Shown here piece after piece: positions 1 to 11,646 of a stretch of 64,000 bases of DNA; the stretch's first letter is position 1, and every line of letters starts with the position of its first letter. The notes under the pieces were generated by a model. It was not told where the DNA came from and did no database searches. It worked only from the letters and a program-made list of their open reading frames with translations. Source of the DNA: Pocillopora damicornis (lineage: Eukaryota); the NCBI RefSeq assembly GCF_003704095.1, contig NW_020847344.1:434001-498000 (forward strand), in the 5' to 3' direction. A program made the translations under genes and the position numbers.

Positions 1-693
1 TTGCTCAGAAGCAAATGGAATGGTGTTTCTGTATTTTGAAAAAAAATCTGGATAAAACCAGAGTTAAAAGCTTATTCCAGTCACATTTAGTAAATTTACA
101 TCTACCACTTTTTCTTTTGATCTTGTTTCGAGGTTTGTCTCTTATAATTGTCTGAATGAAATCTATAAACTATGCTGTAAAATCACCCCATGAAGAATTC
201 TTTGGGCTAGTTTGCCTCAGATAGTATTATACTAAAGCCAAAGGAAACACCAGAATTAATCTGCATACTTTTAGCATTTCACACTTTTGAGTTTTAAAAA
301 TATTCCGAATTTGCTTCTGTTTCCCAGATAAAGCATTACAAAGTAGCTGTGGAGTTACGTATATTTACATTCCATACCCACTAAGTTTGAAAGGGACTTC
401 TAGGTCTAACAAAGTGTGTTTAACGCAGCCATTGAAATGTTTACTGTGTCAGCTTCTCTTTATTTGGAACTTTCCTTTTTTGCATTCTATTATATTCAAA
501 GTTCTTTCATTCAGGTTTAACTATTATGTACAGTTGTTTACTGAGGAGTATGGCTTCTCTCCATAAATGCAGTTGGATTTAGCTCCTAACTATTAGTTGA
601 TTGAATTTTAACCTACTGAGAAATGTATTTACAGACTATCTTTTTCATGTGATATGAACAGACTTCAAAATTTGTAATACTTGATTTATTCTG

Positions 694-3600
694 CTATCTT
701 GGTTGCAGCTTTCCAATCTTGGCAGCCAACACTGTCTCTCTTTCCTTGAGCCGTACCTCAACTTCAGCCTTATGTAACAAAGGGAAAAAAACTGATTAAT
801 AATACTTTCATGGGATGAAAACTTAATATTTCTGCTTTAAGACAATTTAAAAACACCTTTGAGTTGCCTTGTGTTTCTGAGAGGGAAACTTGAGAGAAAT
901 ATCTTTCCTTTAAACATATTAACAAGTGACTCTGGCTGAGATCTAAGAAACTACTCTGTAAATAAAAATTAATCCTTCACTCTATGTATTATTCAAGTCT
1001 GACTGTGGTTGTTCAACAAGGCTCAGCTATAATAACCACCTGAAAATTTCCCAACACTTCATCAGCTACTTTCTTCACAATATTCTTGACCTGGGTGGGT
1101 TCTATGGATGATAAAATGTTCTGTGCAGTTTGATCCTTGGAGTGGGCGACATTATCTGAATGAGCTGCAAAAAATTCAAAAGAAAACTAATTAAACATGA
1201 CATGTAAGTATTACAACAGGACTGTAACTAAAGAAAAATGAAAGAAATAAAAATTGTGATAAAAATAAGTATTTTTTTCCTTAAGAAAGGTTACATTAGC
1301 TCAAACAGTATTCTTTAAGGACTTTAAGAGTATACCAGAGTGACAAGGTGTAATGTGCAGTTTCTAAGAACAAGAAATTACATGTACCTTCTTGTCCTGA
1401 TTGTTCCTTTTCTCCCTACAAACACACAGGTAAGATTAAGTAGCCAACATCAAAATAGCTTTTGAAATCTAGTCTAATGAGCCCAATCTGTTGAAATTTG
1501 TCAATTTTTGTGACCTCATAGATGTGCATGGTTATCATAATGATGAAATGTAAAAATCGACTCACAAAGAATGTCTTTTCAGTGCTATATCATTTTGAAA
1601 TTGAGTAACACAGTCATTTCCATAGTAGAAAAGTTGATGAAAAGAACTGCAAGTGTGAGGTACAAGGGTGCCAACAAAGGGGAGGCAAACAAAACCCCAA
1701 TATGCTTATTTTCCTCTCTCATTAGACCTTGAACTCTACTCTATGTTCCTGCTTAATGTCCAATTTGTTTCACAAAGTGAACAGTCTAAAAAAAGCAGAG
1801 GGCAATGAGCAAATTCATTTGAAGTCTCCCTTCATTAAATGCAAAATTAAACTGATCAAAAGCTGGTCTAATTTGCCCAGTTTATATATTTATATCAATT
1901 CTGTTAATGCTAGGGCAATGCTTACTTCTGTCTGTTCTTCTGGTTGGGGTGACTGTGGTGGTGTCATCACATGTTCCCTCCACATTTCCTCAGTCATGCC
2001 TTCATCTAATGGAGGTGGAAATGGAATGCTAGCCAGTGGAGGAACTTCAACTTCCAACTGTGCAAAAAATAAGAGATTGCCACTTAATTTTTTTCCTTAA
2101 TTCTGGAGAAGTGATTGAAAATGTACATGCACTGTACTTTAACAAAACAATTTTAAACCTAAGAATGGGGCTGTCCTGGTGTACCGGTACACGGGGGAAT
2201 TCCTATTGTTTTCATATCCATACATGGAGTTGTGATGCAGTTCGTTAATGTTTTGTTCCTTTGTGTACCGGTACACAAGGACACAACCCTAAGAATAATG
2301 CAGTAATACTAAAGTACAAACCTCAGTTATGACGACTTCCTCTTGTGGCTCCTGAGTGAAAAGAAACTGGTACAACTTATAATGCTGGAACAAACTGCAA
2401 AAGATCAACAATTATAGTTTTATCCAATCACATTGAGAGCTGAAAGTCAATAGGAGTTCCTGTGTGATTGCTTTATTATAAAAACCCCTCCATTATATTG
2501 GATACCATTGTCTTGAATGGATATAACATCTTGAAAGAGGATAAACTCATATACTTTTACCTTTCATAAATATTTGACAAAGAAAGCTCTATCCTTGTTA
2601 GATTTAGATTCCCAAAACTTTAATGTTTCCGTTCTTTAAATTGAATTTTACAGCTTACAAGTCACCATGACCAAGTCTTGAGTGCCATCCTTGGTTATTT
2701 GTCATTGCAATCTTCATTATTATCGTTAACATATAATCTATAATGATCCTTTGTTTTGCCTAAAATTGTTCCCACTCACATTAACAGAAGCACATTACCT
2801 CCACAAAATCAAATGTGATGCAAAATTTACCTGTCAGTAAAGTAATCAGTTATGAGCTTTGCCTGATTTACATCAAAACATTCCAGGCCCCCATTTAGTG
2901 GACAATTTTCAACTCCAATCCCTGCCAGAAGTGACTTGAACTTTTGTATACTGTCAACCAATGAAAATTGTTTTTCTGAGAGGAAAAAAAAAAATGTTAA
3001 GTCCTACAATTAAATTGTTGTCTCAACAGTAACTAGTAAACAACTGGTTTAATTGCTGCCAAGGGCATCCATTACTATCAATAATATGCAATTATTACCT
3101 TTAATATTGTCTAGCATTTCCTTCAAAAGAGTGAAAAATGCAGATATTTGCTGAAGGGTGAAATTCTGTTCTTTTGCAAACCTACATAATATCATTGTCA
3201 AGGTAAAACTAAGCAAGGACTGCTCTTATCAACTAAAACCTCAGTTTGTTGCACATTGATACTACAAATTATTTTTAATTACAATATAGGGAAGAATCAT
3301 CTTGCTGTCTATCATCATAAATTGAATAAACTTTTTTATCACGAACGATCACCTCTCATCTAATCTCTATGCAATGAGGTGGGCAAGACCAGAAAAAAAA
3401 AAAAAACACCACAATCATTTGATAGGTTGGTTCATTTAATCCTTCAACTCCCAAGAACTGTTTACTAATTCTCCCTGCCAGCTGCTTCAAATTTCCTTGT
3501 AAATTACTTACAAGAATTTGGTGTTAGATATAGATAACAATTTCTACCTGTTAAGTTTGAGTATTCTTATCACCTGTTTATTGGATAATGTATGGATATT

Positions 3601-4907
3601 ATAGGGAGAGGTTGCAGCTTTATCACTTCTCGGAGTTAAAGGGTTAACTGAGTAATGTTTCTGCTAAAAAATTTCCCAACATTTTGATATTCACACCTTC
3701 TGGAGAAATCTACTTTGATTTTTGTCTTTGATTCCCATTTTAGTAAAAAGTGATTACAAAGGATACCAAAACCCTGCAACATAGTGATCCAGTACACAGG
3801 CCTCTGGTAGAGAGATATGATAATTTTCAATGGACAGCACTTCTGCAAGTTTCCTGAGGTCATAGCAGAATAATATATGTCAATCAGTACATACAGAAGT
3901 TAAACGAATTGTTACTATCTTAAATAGTGGGGTGCAAAGTCTATTGACAGTGGACAAATTCGTTTGATTTCACAAAATGTTTGCAAATTTGTTTGTGCCA
4001 TTTTCAGAACTTATTTTCATTTTTGTCAAAATCGAAGTTTGTTCTCTTGTTAATGTGCTAATGAACAAGCAATCCAGGTCTATCCGTCAGGCATGAAAAA
4101 TTTTATAGAAAATTGACTCCCTAGGTCCTTTGAAGTGTGAATAAATTTAAGTTTGGTTCATTAGAAATCGACTTACGCTTCCAATTCATGGACAGTAAGT
4201 TCCTTCAGAGACTGTGTCTGTTCTTCTGAAAGGACCTTCCATGCTAGTGACTCTTTCTCCTCTTCCTCCTTCAATAAGAAGAACACGGAACTTAACTCAA
4301 GTCATACTGATGAACACCAGCACTAGCACAAAAAGATCAATTCAGGTCTCGCGTTACTTTTCAAACAATTAATTGACATCTATTCAGAAGTAATGCACAA
4401 TCACATAGAAATAGTGCACGATTACTTTGAATTTAAATTCATTAAATGACGCTTCAGACCTGGATTCTTGCTGCAACATTCAAAACATGAACAAAATGCT
4501 GCTTCCATAAAACATTAAGTTGAAAATCGTTCTTTGCACTACATCTAAGTCACGATAATGACCTTTTTAGAACAATGTCGCCTTAAAACTCTTCCCGTAT
4601 AACTTTGCCATAAAGACCAAATAGAAATCCTGAACTCATACGAAGTCGCAGTACAGAGAGAAATACAATAAGATGATCACAACAAAGTTAAAAGTACTGT
4701 AAACATCAGCTGAAGTCGAAAAGTTTTGCAAAACAAAACAACGCATTGTCTATCCAGATCTACATATAAAGACATGAAAATAACAAAAACACTAACAGAT
4801 TGGCCTTTGTTTCGATTTGTTGCCGAGTCCCGTTTCGCTGCAGATTTCTTCCTTTCTCTCTCCGAAGATTTTATTCGAATGGCCGATCTAGACTTCTTCT
4901 CCGCCAT
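694..4907 (-). CDS. CABCOCO1: Ciliary-associated calcium-binding coiled-coil protein 1 (C10orf107 family), multi-exon
   Basis: GT-AG exons, phase-consistent where checked: 4907-4797 (MAEKKSRS...), 4269-4177 (EEEEKESLAWKVL), 3853-3767 (LPEACVLDHYVAGFW), 3181-~3099 (FAKEQNFTLQQISAFFTLLK), ~2977-2832, ~2394-2322 (LFQHYKLYQFLF), ~2057-1926, ~1417-1388, ~1165-1040, ~768-694 (stop TAG). The FAKEQ.F...Q.SAFF and LFQHYKLYQF motifs match the family as I recall it. Confidence 0.85.
3440..3643. mobile_element. TTAA-flanked piggyBac-like MITE
   Basis: TTAA|tccttcaactcc ... ggagttaaaggg|TTAA termini; related copies at 15708, 37541/37569 and 48482. Confidence 0.7.
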
Positions 4908-4940
4908 CTTTGAATACGGCCTTACTCCTGGGTGACACTC

Positions 4941-4953
4941 GTTGCTATGCAAC
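4941..4953. promoter_or_regulatory. RFX X-box GTTGCTATGCAAC upstream of CABCOCO1
   Basis: Near-palindromic match to the RFX consensus GTYRCYATRGYAAC, about 35 bp upstream of the ATG of a ciliary gene. Confidence 0.7.
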
Positions 4954-6700
4954 TGACCTACAATCTCCGTGCAGGTCGTAGGACTGGGGGGATGGGAGGG
5001 GGGGGAGGGGGAGAATTAGCATTTTAGTAAACAGGATGCACTACATTTCTCAAGAAATCGATTTAAAAAGCTGGATTAAAATTCTAGTCACTCTATACCA
5101 AGCATACAACATGACTTTTGCGAAATACTTGCTTTCGTATGAAAAGAAACGACCAAACCTTTAGAGGTCAATATCGTAGTTACTACTGTTATTACCTTAG
5201 TGGCGAGTTCGCTTCTTTTGCGTGAAACTTTTGGAGGGGTTTTACCGCGCTTTGAGCGGTGTGGAACGTCTAAATTTTCCATACCTTCTCTAAAAATCAA
5301 ATTTGATTATCATGCATCTTAAAAACTATATACTTGGAACTTCTAGACTTTGCGGCTCTGTAAATTCCGAACGGTACTGTAAGGATTGACTTGGCAATAC
5401 TTTTTGTGTACGATAATTTTGAGCCACTGAATAGCTCAAGATCAAAGGCATAATAACTCTGATACGTCGTCCAATAAACGACCGTTTGGATGAGAAGCTA
5501 ATTAGCCGGTAATAAGAGAATTCAAAATGCCGACAGTCTTTAGAGACCATTCAGTTGTTTGCAAGATAACGGACGAAATCTCTTCTAATTATTTTCGACA
5601 ATTTTGAATAAGATTTAGAAGCTTGTTAAGTTTGTGAAAGTTAATTAAAATTGGTTGCGAATTCCTAGTCGGATCCTTACCCCCACCCCTCCCCCGTCAT
5701 AAATTTATTGCACCCAAATCACGTACAAGTTGGGGTGGGGGTAGAGACGTCTCGAGAGGACAATGAAAATAATTATTCGTTCCTTGGTTTTGTAATTCAA
5801 TTTCATACTGTGTTTTTTTTATGCAGTTATCTCCCCCACTGCCGAACCAAAGTGCTCTAAAAACTGAGATAATTCTATTACTGGTCTTTTGATACGCTGT
5901 GGTAACTTTCTTTCTTTATTCATCAAAATAGGCAGGGAGAACTTAGAGGCGCGGTATCCTATAGAAAGCATTACCCTTCCAATCATGAGTAATCTACTAT
6001 CGACAAGCCACATCGCCCACTATTGCACCCATATGCAAACCAATCTCATTTGATTATTTCGATATTTTAATAATTGCATGGCAACACCCGAAGACTTTCT
6101 AATTCCTGATGGAAAGCGACCGAAAAATATAAACATCGCTTACTAGTAATTTACACCAGTTCTGATTTTAGGATTCAAAACGTGCAAAGGAAAGTGATCA
6201 AGAGAAGCTGCTGAAATGAATTAATATGGAAACATGCTGAACAAGTTGAAGGAAGGTTTCAAGGGGAATGTGATGACTGAAGAGCCTATCGTTTGCAAGA
6301 TTCCGTTGACATTTCAAAGGCTTGTGCTCAACTTCAGCCCTAAGTTTAGGGATGTTTTTTTCCCAAAGAGGGATGTAGCACTGTCATCAGGTGAGTTAAG
6401 TATCATAATAAACTTATAAAACCGTTGTGATTCCCCCAGCTTCTGTCCACATCTACCTCACAAAGGAGTAACTACTGTCCTCTCTCACGTCGCCGAGGTC
6501 TCTCAGTACATGCACTGTGTTTGGAAAACATACACAAACATGGCAAAGGAGCCAAGCCAACTACTCGAACATTGGAATACAATTCAGTAATCTGTGCCAT
6601 CAAGTGAATGACGTTGAGTGTCATGGTGAGCACTTGGCTACCCTTGATCGACTCTACTTGAGTAATTTACATTTTACCCTCAACAAACCTCTTGACTTAC

Positions 6701-8115
6701 TTTTTTCACCACAATTTCCGGTGTGGGTGCTGGAACTGGCACTAAGCGCTTTTTCAAAATACCAGTCGCTTTTTTGGACCTTTTATAGTTTCTATGATAT
6801 TCCATGTTAATAACAATGTAGATGCTTTCACAATGCGCTACGAGTTGAATATGGTTGTACTTTTTAGTTTCATTTAAGCGTCTAATTAACCCAAACAAAA
6901 GAAATATTGACAGGTTTCAAGAACAGATTACTTTGATAAAGCGTTGCATTGTGTTTTAAACAAGCAAAGCTGTGATTTGAAAGGTTGTATTGACTGACTA
7001 GTTGATCCATCTTCACATCGTTGTAAATTACCCCAACGCTAATAAAACCTCTTATCGATTGTAATAAACAACTATCTAACAAGTGCTTTGGAAGCTTCCT
7101 TTAATATGNNNNNNNNNNNNNNNNNNNNNNNNNNNNNNNNNNNNNNNNNNNNAGTCTTGTACAGTCTTTTGTCTGAGTTGAGGAGCATACTGGGATGTAT
7201 TATTAGCATAAGGCTCCTGGTATAAATGATTGCTTTTTCAAACCAGGGGAGGGGGACAATATGCATCCTACGAACCCCCTGGCTGTTAACCCTCAACTGA
7301 TGATTAACAAAGCAGCAGCCAATCTAGATAAGGAAGCCTAAACCCCCACCCCGCATCCCGTCTCTCCCGCATATATGAACAACCTTGTAGTAAAAACCGG
7401 GATATAGTTCTTCTACCAAGATAACTCCCAAGGGCACCCCCTTTAGTCACTAGTCAGGACTCCCTCATACCTGTAGTGTTGTGCATAATTTGCGATTCGA
7501 GAGTCATTTTTCCAAACGGTATTAAATGTGAAACTTACCTTGGGTGTAGGTTACTAAGACAACGAGAGAATAGAGGATTCTACAAATGAATATACCAGAA
7601 TACATCTTTCTTTGATATGAAATTAACTTGCATGCAATAAGATTCTTTTTTCAGTCATTTAAAAGGGTATTTATTTTGAATACATTGATGTGAGGAAATT
7701 TCAATTTTTTTATTTGTATCAACACTGGCAACAAACTGTGGTGTTATTGATAAACAGTCCTTTTTAAATTTAGAAATACTTAAGCCGGCGTACCCGACCG
7801 CAACATGGGGTATGTCATCTCTGATTACGAATCTTTTGCCCTCCACTTCGTTTCAAAAGTTCACGTCGATAAAACAAAAAAAAATAATTGATATAAGGAC
7901 GTTCGGTGTTTCTGTAAGCGGTTCTGATCGAGAGCTGACTGCAGATTGGAAGTCAAACGTATTTGGTAAATGACATTGTATTTTCTATTTACCTTTTTCT
8001 CTATTTCTTGCTTTTCCCGTTCTCTTATCGCGCTTCTTTGTAACTTCCTTCGTGCGAGTCTCCGCGCGTTCAAAACATTTCCAATATTCGGCGATTTAGC
8101 TCTTGAGTAATCCAT
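6701..8115 (-). CDS. Candidate spliced gene for an unknown basic protein (3' end unresolved)
   Basis: Phase-compatible exons 8115-7993 (AAG|gtaaat), 7579-7539 (ttgtag|...AG|gtaagt) and 6791-6701 (catag|...AAA|gtaagt). No homolog recognised. Confidence 0.35.
7109..7152. other. Assembly gap (44 N)
   Basis: Run of n characters. Confidence 1.
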
Positions 8116-10089
8116 AACTCGATGGCGCCGGCAATGGAGTATGTGTATTTTTAACAGTTGTATCGAGAAGCTGTTGTTTGACTTTTATACTGAACAAAGT
8201 GAAAACATTAGCAATACGTGGTCTTTCTACAATAAGATAAATATCAGTGAATAAATTGGATTTGTCCTATCAACGATGCTTTTTTTGTTAAGCAAAGTGG
8301 TAACGTATGACTGAAATTGGCATGTTAAATAGCAGTTAGTCTTGAAAATTTAATGATGTTTACAGACTTCAGATGGTACCCTCAATACCTTATTTTTTTA
8401 GAGATTAACATCGTGAATCGACGTAGCACAAACAATCGCGATTTAATAGTTTTCCTCTCGAGTTGTGACATATAAGATAAAAACAAGGGATGATTTTGTT
8501 TGTGGTAGTGCATCAACGCGTCAAACCAACTCAAAAGTGAAATTAAACTTAATTGCTTTTCATTTCCACGAGTCTTGGTAAGTCCTTACCAGGAACCTTA
8601 GGCTAACTTTATGAAATGAGTCCTAGAAAACACTGTTATGACTGAATTCTAAAGACAGAATATTTTTCTTAGAGTATTCTCGTTAACAAACATTGGAAAC
8701 CTATTGCTGTGTCTCAAGACAATATCGATCAGCATTTTTTCTTGGTTTTCGTTAATCAGTTGTTGATGAAAACTGTGCAGCTGTTTTTGAAATAAAAGAT
8801 TGGCTTTCTTTGTCATTGGATTGGCTTCCTCAGACGAAAAAAATTATATAAAACCGCAAATATGTTTGAACTCCTGAAAACTTACGAGTGTGGCAAAGTG
8901 ACACAAAATTCAAGGAAGAGTTTTAAAGAGGGAATTGAGTTATAGAGATTCGTTTAAGATTGACATTTTTTATTATCAGTTATTCCCATTCTAAATCAGA
9001 CCGAAATCAGACCGGACAATTTTCTGTATTTGAAAAACACCCAAAAACAGTGTCGCCATCTTGTCTTAAAAACTAAATGACTGCTGTTTACGAAATTTCG
9101 ATGTTAACGTGGGGACATAATTTGTACACATCACTTGATTATAAAGATAGTGCGCAAGGAAACAAAATAAGATTGAGTATTACAAAATGCCAAGCTCGGA
9201 CATAAAAAGGTCCACAGAAATGAAATCACAAGTACTATTGTGGAAGGAAGAGAGATAAAATGTACGCTACGATTTTTGAAGCTCTAGTGGTTTGGGATAT
9301 GCAATTTTAAGAGTCTCTTGCGCTAAGAATTAATTAGTGTGACATTTTGGAAGAACACATTTTAAGTCCTTTTTAACAGCTCATAATGTAACTTACCGGT
9401 CTTACTATCAAAACAACTTGTTTATCACAACTTCAGTTCAAGAAAAACCCGGCCAGAGAAGAGGCAATATGGGAGAATCTTTTTTTTAAGCGAAGTCTGC
9501 CGAGATCTTCTTTGCCGTCTAAGTACAAGGCCTTTGTCTTCTGCTTTTCCGGCTTTTAGTAAGAATTGACATTTCTGAAAGGAGACTGATTAGTAGTGTC
9601 ATATTTCGCAGAAAGTAATTTGCAATCCATTTTCACTTCTTTCAACAGATATATCAACGCACGACCACAAACGAAGTTGTTGTTTCCCCCGGATGCATTA
9701 GACATTTCGAAGCTGAAATACAGTTTTATGACACTAACTGCAAACGAGTGCGAGAGGAGTTGTCATAAATTGAGCCAACAGTTTAGCCTACGGCTCCCAG
9801 TTACTAGTCATGAAATTTTTAATTACATTGCTTGCGATAACCACCAAGTTATCTCTAAGGTAGAATTAAATCTTAGGTATATTTTTCGAAAAAAGTGAAG
9901 GGGTACGTGAATTTTTGTCTCCATATTTACCCCGGAAGTTTTCTTTAGCACTGTGGATGAAAAATAGAAGAAATATTTTCTTTGAGGAGTCTCGTGTTTC
10001 TATAATAACGTAGATGCTGACCTCAGATCACTGTGCGGTTGTCGCATGTTGCAGAAGGTACAGTTTGTCGAGGGTTAACCAACCGATAA

Positions 10090-10194
10090 GTGCCCTGTGT
10101 GGTAGTCCTCTCAGCGCTAGGTTAGGTGCCCTGTGTGGTAGTCCTCTCAGCGCTAGGTTAGGTGCCCTGTGTGGTAGTCCTCTCAGCGCTAGGT
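10090..10194 (+). repeat. Perfect 36-bp minisatellite, about 2.9 copies
   Basis: gtgccctgtgtggtagtcctctcagcgctaggttag repeated at 10090, 10126 and 10162. Confidence 0.95.
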
Positions 10195-10455
10195 TCTCTA
10201 TACGATAAATAGGTTCAGATGTTACGTGCCCTGTCCTAGAGGTTCACCAAATGCTAGACAACCCATGCAGAAGGTTCGCTTTCCTGTCTACAAGCTTCGG
10301 CTAATGCTGGGTCTCCTGCTTGGTAGGTTTATTTATCGTAAGGCACACTATTCAACAGGTTCAATTCCTGCCGGGTACCCTGTATTGGTATTGTAGGTCT
10401 ACTTTACCTTACGGCAGAATGTTCTAGGTGCAAATATTGTGGCTACACACTGTGG

Positions 10456-10878
10456 ATGGTTTCTTACAAGGGGTTAGGGTTTATTACAAAGCGCAAAAAT
10501 CCTACAGAATTAAGAAAAAAAACATACTTTACTTTAATTGACCTCATTTCTAAAGAAGCAAAGGATCATCCTTTGCTTTTAACAAAGTACACTTTCTTTT
10601 CACAACTGGTTGCCAACTATCCAACTGTTTTCTTCCTCTACGAGAATTGCGACAAAGCTACACATTTAGAAAAACTAGAATACATCAAACAAATTAAAGG
10701 CCTTAATAAAGCAGCAGAGCACAGTAAGAACAGCACAATGTTTGAATCATTTTTTGGAGTCCAAAATGAGCCGCTGTTTTTCGAACTGCTGTGTCACAGA
10801 ACAACGATAGAGAAACTCTATTACGAATTGACAGCAACAAAGTTTACTGCTAGAAGTCTCCGCAGCACGTCAAGTTAG
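10456..10878 (+). other. Intronless orphan ORF (140 aa), possibly of viral or mobile origin
   Basis: ATG-started ORF with globular-protein composition; degenerate coding-like continuation after the stop; no recognised domain. Confidence 0.3.
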
Positions 10879-11397
10879 ATCTGTCAGTTCTAAGGTCATA
10901 CATTGGTTTGATAAAGCTACCAAAAAGATATGAAAACGATAATCTACATAACACACCCTGGGTTGACCACATTCTTGAGTCACTACGTCTTGACCTTTAA
11001 GATTTTGAAGAGGAAGTTAATTGTTGTCATGCAGGCTACATTAAGGTACACGTACAAACTTAAATGAAAAACAACAACTAAAGACGAATCAAAACAAACA
11101 ACTTGTTCTTTTAACTTTCCTAAGTAGTAGGAAAAACTAAAAATACTGACACTACTCTTATTTAAGTATACAGTGCACTTCTAAAGCAAATAAAATTCAA
11201 ATAATCGATAGCAGTTGTGCTTGTTCATGTGTTTGATTATTTCAAACAGGTCGACAGTTTGGAATACCATTGAATCGCCTCCACAGATCTGAGAAAATTC
11301 TCAGGATTTTAAACATCACTCAAAGCAACAAATTAAATTTTAAAAAAGCCCGTCTGTATTTGGGAGGTAACAGATTTTATCTTCGTTTAACAAAAAT

Positions 11398-11646
11398 TAG
11401 AGCACTTTTCAATTGATCGTCACCACCGGGATCTATGATTGGTCAAGAAAAATTCGCGCGACTCTCTCAACCAATCAAATACACAAAATCCTAATCAATC
11501 GTGATTCGGTCAGTCACGTTTTCCCACGCTTCAAAACGTTAGCTTGTTTTCACCCTGTGTTCTCATTTGCTCCTTGTTTCCTTATGACTGGCCTTGGTGA
11601 AAACTCTGGCTGCAATTTTGTAACGTTCGAATGAAACGCGCTCTAA
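11398..11646. repeat. Dispersed MITE-like repeat (tagagc...gctcta termini, ccaatca-rich)
   Basis: Similar segments at about 41230-41480, 42290-42360 and 54050-54300. Confidence 0.55.

Noticed and set aside
1729-2100. Plus-strand 123-aa ORF and similar antisense ORFs (29139, 31206, 36816, 42725)
   Set aside because: They are shadows of minus-strand exons or chance ORFs without recognisable motifs.
6172-6419. Plus-strand exon-like block (ag|GATTC...CAG|gtgagt)
   Set aside because: All three frames contain stops near the acceptor; it could be non-coding or pseudogenic, but no coding call is supportable.
10090-10194. 36-bp repeats as a CRISPR array
   Set aside because: Units are contiguous with no unique spacers, there are no cas genes, and the context is eukaryotic.
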